DNA from: Candidatus Peribacteria bacterium RIFCSPHIGHO2_02_FULL_51_15
Lineage (GTDB): Bacteria > Patescibacteriota > Gracilibacteria > Peribacterales > Peribacteraceae
Reading direction: 5' to 3'
Length of the DNA: 42,003 nucleotides
Assembly (NCBI GenBank): GCA_001788965.1
Contig: MFXU01000014.1
Span: forward strand, 1-42,003
This document shows positions 34,669 to 42,003 of the stretch, one piece after another; positions within the stretch are counted from its first letter, which is position 1; the number at the start of each line of letters is the position of its first letter. Under the pieces are notes generated by a model, which saw only the letters and a program-made list of their open reading frames with translations, made no database searches and was not told the DNA's origin. The position numbers and the translations under genes were made by a program.

Positions 34669-37212
34669 TCAGCCTGTCTTCAACTGGCTGAAGATGTCCG
34701 GCCTATCCTCGCCGGCGAACCACCTGTTGGTCAATGTATCGACCGTTGACCAGAGCTCCGCGCCGCCCGAACTGGCGGCCACTTGCAGAGTGGAAGTCAG
34801 CGAGAGGTCGGCCTTCCCATAATCGGCAGTGACGATGAAGGTTTCCGACTGGCCGGCCGCGATAGTCACGTCGATCCCCGACAGATTGATGTTGGGGGTC
34901 GTGACCTGAAGCAGGCCGGGAGCCAGGACCGTCACAAAACCAGGAACGCTGAGGCCGGGGTTCGCGGCATTCGCAACCCGGATGTTCGACAAGTCCACGT
35001 TCGTCGAGAAAACGAGAAACGCGAACTGCCTGAGGACGACGTCTTCCCTGCCATTCAGGGTGTTGTCGTTCATGGCAGCCGTGTACGTGAACGAGCCAAG
35101 CAGTTGATTTACCCCGGGCGTGAAAGCCGTGCCCGTGGGGTTCGCTACGACCGATTGGATTTCGGCCGTGACTATCACCTGCTCTTGGCCCACCAAGTCT
35201 GCGTTCGGCCCCGGGGCGGCGGCGAAAAAGATTTCGCCCCCCTGATCTACAAAATCCCCGTTGTTCGGATGCAGGACGCCATTGCTGTCATGCGCCCGGA
35301 CCGAAGCTTGGCCGCTTCCGTCGAAAGCCGAACTTACCAGAACCGGGAATACCGGTTCACCTGAAATGCCGCCCTGCGTGTCCGGAAGGAACACGCCGAC
35401 GACGACGATCAGGCTTTCCTGGCCGTCAGCGAGGGTAAACAAACCACTGCTTCCGTGAGCCAGGAACGTCCTGGCGCTGCGGCTAAAGTAGCTTGTCGGG
35501 ACTGCGCCAGTTGCGACGTTGGCCGTCGCGAAGGCAACAGTCGAGCCATCGCGGAAGAATTTCAGCGACGACTCTCCGAGGCCAAGAACCGTTGTGATGA
35601 ACAAGTCATCGACGGTCACCGCGCCCCCCACCGCCCGAAGCCGGAATGACATAATGCGTTCTTCGGTCCCGGCTAAATGCTTTAGGGGCTCAGGGACAGT
35701 CGAGTCCGGCAGAACGAATAAACTGGCACTCGGTTGCGGCGTAGGGTCGTCGGTGATGACGGCGACCACTTGCTGCATGCCGGACTCCGTGCCGTTGGTC
35801 ACGCCGGTAATATCGACCGCGATCGTTTCGCTGGTCTCAACCAGCGTGTCCTGGACCGCCGTCAAAGTGAGCGATCCGTTCAGGCTTCCCGCGGGGATCA
35901 CTATCTCAGAGCTACTGCGGGTATAGTCAGCGGCCAAAGTGGCGGTGCCTGAGAACCCCAGGTCCACCGTCACGTTTTGACCCGAAACGTTCGAGAGCGT
36001 GGCCCTAACTGTGGCAACGCCTCCCGCTTCGGCCATCGGCGATCCTGCCAATGACAACGTCACCGTTGGCGGCGGTTGCCCGCCGTCGAAGTTGAACACC
36101 GTCGTCTCTGCCGTCGTGACGACGATGTTGGCCCCTGTGATGCCGATACCGTCAACTTTCATGCCGACCAAGGCTCGGGGGTTGCTCTTCCCCGATTCCC
36201 TGGCCGATATGAAGTTGCCTGTATCGAGATCGAATGTCGCCGAAAGCGTTCCTGTCGGGTTGGCTACGATCTGATCCGCCATGAGGAAGAAGGTTTCCCT
36301 TCCCCACACGACGGAGTTTATGTGCGCTGTCAAATCGTCTCCAACGGGTCTCAGTCCACCAACCAACTTCGAATCCGGGTCACCATCACCATCTTCGTCT
36401 CCCCACACGGAGAAGACGGAGTTCACGACGTTTGCTGCTCCGTGAATCCTTATTTCGAACACAGAGTTTTCCAGCCGAACCGGATTTCCGAATTCGGCAT
36501 GGACATACGTGGTGAACGCCATCAGTTCCACGTTCTTCCGCCCCGGCGCGGCCGTAGCCGTAGCACCGAGGTCTTCCTGCACAACATCGAGCTGAGTCGG
36601 GGCGCCGATCAGATGACGCAGTGGTGGTGCGAAGTCGTAGCGCACCCTTTCCAGGTTCCTGTGCCCGCGGGTCTGGCGGACATTGACCCGTTTCAAGATC
36701 ATCGTCTCGGTCGTTCCCACAAGTCCCGCCTCTTTGACGGAGTAGCCCACGATGTACGTACCGGTCCCGCCGGGTTCGAGCAAATCCGTTTGACTTTCGG
36801 TCAGCGTGATCCATCCGTTGGATCTGCAGACCGAAACTTTCACCGGGACGGGCTCGAATGCACTGGTCGCGGCATTCAACTTACGCAGAAAGAATGCCTT
36901 GTCCGGAACGTTCCTAAGATCCGACTTCGGATTCATGAACGTCTGGACGCCGGCCACCCGATCTTCCCTTCCGTGGTTCCAAGACGACGTTACCGAAAAT
37001 TGTGTCCCGATGATGAATTGCTCTCCACCATCGATAACAACGGGTCGGTAAATGTTGTCCGAAACCGCTGGCGCTGCTGGCGGCGTAATAACGCTGATCG
37101 TCAGCAGCTGCCTTCCCTCCAGGGGTTCCACCCCCAGAGAGTGACTCAGTCCACGCTTTGGCGCGGACTTGCGGCGGGCTTTCGCCCACCTTCTTCCGAG
37201 GAACCATGTCAT
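34669..37212 (-). CDS. Large secreted/surface protein with Planctomycete-type N-terminal motif and Calx-beta-like domain
   Basis: Arg-rich N-terminus RRWAKARRKSAPKR...LGVEPLEGRQLLT; Calx-beta-like VTLSL...AEAGG.ATVRATLS...VTV.L.FSGTAT...DY...IPAG...DTLVE.SETI...ITDD; Thr/Val/Gly-rich beta domains. Start taken at ATG 37212. Confidence 0.85.
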   Translation of the reverse strand: MTWFLGRRWAKARRKSAPKRGLSHSLGVEPLEGRQLLTISVITPPAAPAVSDNIYRPVVIDGGEQFIIGTQFSVTSSWNHGREDRVAGVQTFMNPKSDLRNVPDKAFFLRKLNAATSAFEPVPVKVSVCRSNGWITLTESQTDLLEPGGTGTYIVGYSVKEAGLVGTTETMILKRVNVRQTRGHRNLERVRYDFAPPLRHLIGAPTQLDVVQEDLGATATAAPGRKNVELMAFTTYVHAEFGNPVRLENSVFEIRIHGAANVVNSVFSVWGDEDGDGDPDSKLVGGLRPVGDDLTAHINSVVWGRETFFLMADQIVANPTGTLSATFDLDTGNFISARESGKSNPRALVGMKVDGIGITGANIVVTTAETTVFNFDGGQPPPTVTLSLAGSPMAEAGGVATVRATLSNVSGQNVTVDLGFSGTATLAADYTRSSSEIVIPAGSLNGSLTLTAVQDTLVETSETIAVDITGVTNGTESGMQQVVAVITDDPTPQPSASLFVLPDSTVPEPLKHLAGTEERIMSFRLRAVGGAVTVDDLFITTVLGLGESSLKFFRDGSTVAFATANVATGAVPTSYFSRSARTFLAHGSSGLFTLADGQESLIVVVGVFLPDTQGGISGEPVFPVLVSSAFDGSGQASVRAHDSNGVLHPNNGDFVDQGGEIFFAAAPGPNADLVGQEQVIVTAEIQSVVANPTGTAFTPGVNQLLGSFTYTAAMNDNTLNGREDVVLRQFAFLVFSTNVDLSNIRVANAANPGLSVPGFVTVLAPGLLQVTTPNINLSGIDVTIAAGQSETFIVTADYGKADLSLTSTLQVAASSGGAELWSTVDTLTNRWFAGEDRPDIFSQLKTG

Positions 37213-37366
37213 GGTTCTTTCTCCTAACCATAAATTTACAAGGCACCGATGCTTTAAAGGAGCGTTGCTACAAGCCTCGCTCATTTTTGTCCGGACTAAG
37301 CCATCAGCGCCTGTAACAATCAGAAGATATAATAATATAACTCAAGAAAAGTCAATAGAAATTAAG

Positions 37367-37537
37367 GTAACTGCTCACTGAGTCTGAAATAAACTTGTGA
37401 GAAACAACCAGCAGCTCTTTGCGGAATAAATTCCGCTTTCTCGTGTTTAGTTAACCGCCGATTTAAATCGGCGGTTAACTAAGGGGAAAATAGCGAATTT
37501 ATTCGCCCGATAATCCGCAGCGTCAGTGAGCAGTTAC
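37367..37537. mobile_element. MITE-like element family B, copy 4 (different cargo)
   Basis: Same TIR GTAACTGCTCACTGA/TCAGTGAGCAGTTAC; flanks AAATTAAG/AAATTAAT (7/8). Interior is unrelated, with palindrome TAGTTAACCGCCGATTTAAATCGGCGGTTAACTA. Confidence 0.88.
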
Positions 37538-37756
37538 AAATTAATAAAATCGGGAGTTTTGAACGGAGCCTGGAGAGCACCGAAAAATGTTTATCTATAA
37601 GCCAAATGTTGGGTTTCTCCGCCTGTCAGTTTTATGTAAAAACATTGACATATTAGTCATTAAATGTGGTACGAAAATTGAGGGGGGTAAAATTAATACC
37701 TCGCTTGGGGCAAAGGAGAGTTTACTTTTGGGAAAAGATCGATCATTGGAAGTATC

Positions 37757-37978
37757 AAGGAACCTCTGAATAATTGTTAAATTGTTAAATTGTTAAGTTG
37801 TTAAGAATGTATAAAACGTGCGTTACGCTTGCGACCTTCGGCCAGCTCAGGTCGCCCGGAATGACACAGATGATTGTGCCAGATAAGGTCGCCCTGAGTT
37901 AAGCGAACGGGCGAACAATTTAGCCATTTAACAATTATGTCAGGGTAACAATAAAAAGCAGTTAATCAGAGGTTCCTT
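37757..37978. mobile_element. MITE-like element family C enclosing octamer element copy E
   Basis: 17-bp TIR AAGGAACCTCTGAATAA / TTAATCAGAGGTTCCTT (1 mismatch); AAGTATC on both flanks. Confidence 0.7.
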
Positions 37979-38048
37979 AAGTATCAAGTATTCAGTATCG
38001 GGTATCCCGGATGATCGGCGGTCATACTCAATACTTGATACCTGATAC
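37979..38048. repeat. Inverted heptamer tracts (AAGTATC)n...(GATACTT)n
   Basis: AAGTATC AAGTATT CAGTATC GGGTATC ... CATACTC AATACTT GATACCT GATACT; same unit as the in-frame tract in the GT2 gene. Confidence 0.75.
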
Positions 38049-38075
38049 TTTTTTAATGGTGTACAATTTCGATGC

Positions 38076-38828
38076 ATGTCCGGTCACAGCAAGTGGGCCA
38101 ATATCCGGGTACGGAAAACCGCGCAGGACGCGAGGCGGGGGAAGATTTATACGAAATATGCGAGACTCATCGAGATCGCCGCGCGGGAGGGCGGGGGAGA
38201 CCCGACGACGAATAACCGGCTTCGCGGACTCATCGAAACCGCCAAAGCCGACAGCGTGCCGAACGCCAATATCGACCGGGCGATAAAGAAAGGGACGGGA
38301 GCGCTGAAGGGTGAAGCCATGCAGGAGGTTCTGTACGAGGCTTACGGCCCGGGCGGGTCGGCGTTTATCATCGAATGTTTGACGGATAACCGCAACCGCA
38401 CGCTGGCCAATGTGAAGGCGACGATCAGCCGAAATGGCGGACGGTTCGCCGAGGCCGGATCGGTGACTTGGATGTTTGAGCGCCGGGGAGTGGTGGTTGC
38501 AGGCGGAGGGGATGCCGGGCTCGGGGAAAAAGTCGGCGATCCGAAAAAACTTGAGGACATAGAACTGGAACTCATCGATCAGGGTGCCGAAGATTTCGAT
38601 GCGACGGACGAACACCTGCAAGTGATTACCGATATGACCAAATGGACCCGGATACGGGATTTTCTGAAGGGTAAAGGGTTTTCAATCGAGTCCGCTGGGC
38701 TTCAGTATGTGCCGAAACAAACGGCGCCGGTGGACGCTTCGGCGATGCTCAAAGTCGAATCACTGGTAAATTCGCTTGAGGAGGACGAGGACGTGTCGGA
38801 AGTGCATACGAATGCGGTGGTGCAATAG
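38076..38828 (+). CDS. yebC: YebC/PmpR family protein
   Basis: MSGHSKWANI, YEAYGPGG, TDNRNRT, GSVTWMFERRG and LEEDEDVSEVHTN. Confidence 0.97.
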   Translation: MSGHSKWANIRVRKTAQDARRGKIYTKYARLIEIAAREGGGDPTTNNRLRGLIETAKADSVPNANIDRAIKKGTGALKGEAMQEVLYEAYGPGGSAFIIECLTDNRNRTLANVKATISRNGGRFAEAGSVTWMFERRGVVVAGGGDAGLGEKVGDPKKLEDIELELIDQGAEDFDATDEHLQVITDMTKWTRIRDFLKGKGFSIESAGLQYVPKQTAPVDASAMLKVESLVNSLEEDEDVSEVHTNAVVQ

Positions 38829-39017
38829 GCGGATTTTATTTTTTTCAAGCCCGACCTGAAAATTGATAACATCAAAAATATAATACCTAATCATTGCAAC
38901 ACTGTGTCAAGTAGGTGATAATCAATCCGGATAAATTTTTTCAGGAATTTTCTTGTTGCGGTTCTATCGCTTCCCCAAGATTATGATTCCGTTTAAACGT
39001 CATAAGACCTGCATACC

Positions 39018-40787
39018 ATGCGCGCTTTCGCCACACTGCTCCGGGCCAGCTTCAGATACGCCGCGGGATTCCGCCGGTGGATCGTGCTGTATGTGATCTT
39101 TTTCGTCGTGGCCAACGGGCTTTCCATGGTTGAGCCGCTGATTGTCGGTAAAATTTTGAACAGCGTTCAGGAAATATCGACACTGCCCCATCCGATGCAG
39201 AGGCTGATCAATCTGTTTTTGATCATGCTCTCCCTGACGGTCGGTTTTTGGATATTCCACGGCCCGGCGCGGGTGATGGAAAACACCTGCGCGTTCAAAG
39301 TCCGGAACGCCTACAAAGATCACCTGTACCGAATCATCGTGTCGCTGCCGGTTAAGTGGCATCGGGAAAGCCACTCCGGCTCCACGATCAACCGCGTGGT
39401 CAAATCGACCCGGGCGCTGGATCATTTCATCTCCGACAGTTTCCAGTTCGTCGAGATGATAATGCGAATGGCGGGCTCGGTCATAGCTTTGGCGCTGATC
39501 TTCCCGGCAGCCGCGATCCTGGCCGTGATCGCCAGCATCATCGCGCTTTCGACCGTGTTCATTTTCGACACGTTTCTGCTCAAGCGCTACGACCAGATCA
39601 ACCAATACGAACATTCCACCGCTACGGCGCTGCATGATTACATCACCAACGTTTTCACGGTGATCACCTTGCGGTTGGAGGAACTCACGCGGACCGAAGT
39701 CTGGAAACGTATGTCGCACTATCTGCCTTTCTCCAGACGCACGTTCAAGATGAACGAATGGAAGTGGTTTTTGATGACTCTGCTGATCGGTCTGATGCAG
39801 ATCACGGTTCTGGCCTGGTATGCGTTTCGGGCTATCGGCAGCGGCGAAACACTGCTGGCCGGAACGTTTTTCATGTTGTACGAATACCTGCAGCGGATCG
39901 GAGGGGCTTTTTACACCTTTGCCTGGAAATATTCCGACACCATCGAGCAGTACGCGGATTTTATCTCGACTGCGCCGATACTCAGAGCCGAGCGGGCCGA
40001 TTATTATGTGATCCGGAATCTGCCGGAAGAGTGGCGGAAGATTGAGATACGGAATCTGAAGTTCACATATTCCGAAGGAGAGGACGTCCTGCGCAAGCTG
40101 CATCTGGATATCGATTCGATTGTTTTCGAGCGCGGCAAACGGGTCGCCTTGGTCGGGGAGAGCGGCAGCGGAAAAAGCACGGTTCTGAGTTTATTAAGGG
40201 GACTCATGACCACCGGTGAAGTCCAGGTGCTATGCGACGGGAAGACGCTGAAGCGCGGGCTTAAACATCTGGCCCCGCATGTCACGCTTATTCCGCAGGA
40301 CCCCGAGATCTTCGCCAATACGATCGAATACAACATCACGGTCGATACGAAGCAGAAGAAATCCGAACTTGAGGAAGATATCGAGCTGGCCCGCTTCACA
40401 TCCGTACTGGCGCGCCTGCCCAAAGGACTCAAAACCGATATTTCGGAAAAGGGCGTGAACTTGAGCGGCGGCGAGAAGCAGCGGCTGGCGCTGGCCCGCG
40501 GAATATTCGCGGCGAAGACCAGCGACTTCATCCTTCTCGATGAGCCCACGAGTTCCGTGGATCCCATGAATGAACGGCTGATTTATGAAAACCTGATGCG
40601 GAGGTTTTCCGACCGGTGCATCGTTTCATCGATCCACAAGCTGCATCTGCTGCCCATGTTCGACTGGGTTTATGTCTTCGATCACGGGAAAATAATCGCC
40701 CAGGGACAGCCTGCGGAATTACTGAAGGAGGGCGGTTCTTTGCATCATCTGTGGACACGGGAAATAAAAATACCGGGGGTATTGTAG
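39018..40787 (+). CDS. ABC exporter, fused TM and ATPase domains
   Basis: N-terminal TM domain; GESGSGKST, LSGGEKQR, ILLDEPTS and H-switch. Confidence 0.95.
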   Translation: MRAFATLLRASFRYAAGFRRWIVLYVIFFVVANGLSMVEPLIVGKILNSVQEISTLPHPMQRLINLFLIMLSLTVGFWIFHGPARVMENTCAFKVRNAYKDHLYRIIVSLPVKWHRESHSGSTINRVVKSTRALDHFISDSFQFVEMIMRMAGSVIALALIFPAAAILAVIASIIALSTVFIFDTFLLKRYDQINQYEHSTATALHDYITNVFTVITLRLEELTRTEVWKRMSHYLPFSRRTFKMNEWKWFLMTLLIGLMQITVLAWYAFRAIGSGETLLAGTFFMLYEYLQRIGGAFYTFAWKYSDTIEQYADFISTAPILRAERADYYVIRNLPEEWRKIEIRNLKFTYSEGEDVLRKLHLDIDSIVFERGKRVALVGESGSGKSTVLSLLRGLMTTGEVQVLCDGKTLKRGLKHLAPHVTLIPQDPEIFANTIEYNITVDTKQKKSELEEDIELARFTSVLARLPKGLKTDISEKGVNLSGGEKQRLALARGIFAAKTSDFILLDEPTSSVDPMNERLIYENLMRRFSDRCIVSSIHKLHLLPMFDWVYVFDHGKIIAQGQPAELLKEGGSLHHLWTREIKIPGVL

Positions 40788-40813
40788 AGACGCCCCAATG
40801 GGGGCGTCTCTAC
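40784..40813. repeat. GTAG-type REP palindrome overlapping the ABC gene stop codon
   Basis: GTAGAGACGCCCC-aatg-GGGGCGTCTCTAC; its TAG is the stop of 39018-40787. Confidence 0.85.
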
Positions 40814-40871
40814 ACAATGGCCTGAAAAAGCCGCTGCTGTATAACAAAATAATAAATATGGCAGCGTCCTT

Positions 40872-42003
40872 TCAGGGGGCGGTGATGTTTGCGGATTCGG
40901 GGGAAGAACGGACGGAGGGAAGCTCGCCGAAGCGTATTTTCACCGTATCCGAAACGGTGTTGAAATATTCGTCGGTCAAAGTAACGGTGAGAGTATGCCC
41001 TTCCGTCAAATCGACAGAGCGCGGGACCCGAACCTGTCCCATAAACGGTTTTTCCGTAAATGTGGCCACCTTTTTACCGTCGATCGAAACGGTGACTTCT
41101 CTCACGTTCGAAGCCGAATCAATGTCAATCTGCGGCTTAAAAACCGGAGCCGAGACACTGACGCCTTCCTCGGGCGAGATGATTTTCATTTCCGGTTTGA
41201 TTAGGCGGCCGGGAGTGAGTGACGGATCACACTCTTTGGTTGGCGCCACAGGGAGAGGAAGCAGGGAACCGGAGTGATCGGGAGAAGCGTTCCACTTTTC
41301 CATTTGTTTTGCCGCCCATTCCAGGACGCCCTGCTCCCAGAGCGGCCAGCGGTCAGGAAGCTCGCTTTTCGGAACGAAAAACGGCCGCTCTTCCATGGCG
41401 TCAGCCGGACAAGACAGAGAGCTCAAGAGTCCCGTAAGCTTGTCCACTTTCAAAAGAACGCAGGAGTCGTCTTCGGTAAGCGGTGTTTTTTCCTCCAAAA
41501 ACAGGTCGGAAACCCTCAGGCTTATCGGCGTGCACGCCGAAGCCAGGCGCCCGGACAATTTTGAAACCAGCGGATGCGTCAGGCGTTCCGGATAGGTGAA
41601 TGCCTGCTTCGTATCTTTCAGTTTACGGTGGGCTTCGGCCATGTAGTCGTGCCAGATGGGTGCTGCTACGGTGAGTCCGTCGGCTTTCTCGAAGAGCGAC
41701 TGGCTGGTGGCATTGCCCACCCAGACGCCGGTGATCAGGTTCGGCGTGTAGCCTATGGTCCAGGTGCTTTCCGGCCGTCTCAGCGTGCAGACTTTCGAGG
41801 CATCCCGCTCCAGACATTTGTTGGAAGTGCCGGTTTTGGCGGCGGCCGAAAATCCCGGAATCGACAAGATAGATTTCCAATAATCGTTATCCGGGCGGGA
41901 ATTTACGTCGCTTAAAATTGATGTGATCTGGGCCGCAATCCTGGGATCCACGACCTGACGGGGGGCCTCGCCTTTCGGCATATACAGGATGTTGCCGGCT
42001 TTG
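40872..42003 (-). CDS. Class A penicillin-binding protein, C-terminal part (5' truncated by window edge)
   Basis: ITSILSD, AAKTGTSN (KTG motif), WTIGYTPNLITGVWVGN, AAPIWHDYM and a C-terminal Ig-like domain. Frame stays open to the window end. Confidence 0.92.
   Translation of the reverse strand, partial: KAGNILYMPKGEAPRQVVDPRIAAQITSILSDVNSRPDNDYWKSILSIPGFSAAAKTGTSNKCLERDASKVCTLRRPESTWTIGYTPNLITGVWVGNATSQSLFEKADGLTVAAPIWHDYMAEAHRKLKDTKQAFTYPERLTHPLVSKLSGRLASACTPISLRVSDLFLEEKTPLTEDDSCVLLKVDKLTGLLSSLSCPADAMEERPFFVPKSELPDRWPLWEQGVLEWAAKQMEKWNASPDHSGSLLPLPVAPTKECDPSLTPGRLIKPEMKIISPEEGVSVSAPVFKPQIDIDSASNVREVTVSIDGKKVATFTEKPFMGQVRVPRSVDLTEGHTLTVTLTDEYFNTVSDTVKIRFGELPSVRSSPESANITAP

Overview
Bacterial chromosomal segment read in standard code 11. 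By inference from the stand-alone 16S gene with an insertion, the type IV pilus cluster and the absence of Shine-Dalgarno leaders, it is probably a Patescibacteria/CPR (Peregrinibacteria-like) organism. Housekeeping content: secA, tsaB, nusA, a DEDDh exonuclease fused to a degenerate DinG, purH, sufB/sufD, rpsF-rpsR, yebC, an ABC transporter, a partial PBP, tRNA-Thr(TGT), RNase P RNA and an unlinked 16S rRNA gene. It also holds a type II toxin-antitoxin pair, glycosyltransferases, and a type IV pilus cluster (response regulator, pilB, pilC, three minor pilins, two paralogous major pilins, histidine kinase). The most unusual layer is a dense, nested set of small non-autonomous repeats with no transposase in the window. 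It comprises three TIR-bounded MITE-like families (one carrying interchangeable palindromic cargo, one splitting an ORF), an octamer-armed inverted element with a conserved core that takes insertions, 7/8/9-mer tandem tracts and REP-like hairpins; several lie in-frame inside conserved genes or inside RNase P RNA. Also notable: many genes have a -10 box only 6-12 nt before the ATG, leaders are pyrimidine-rich, the 16S anti-SD is altered, and one large surface protein has a Planctomycete-type N-terminus.
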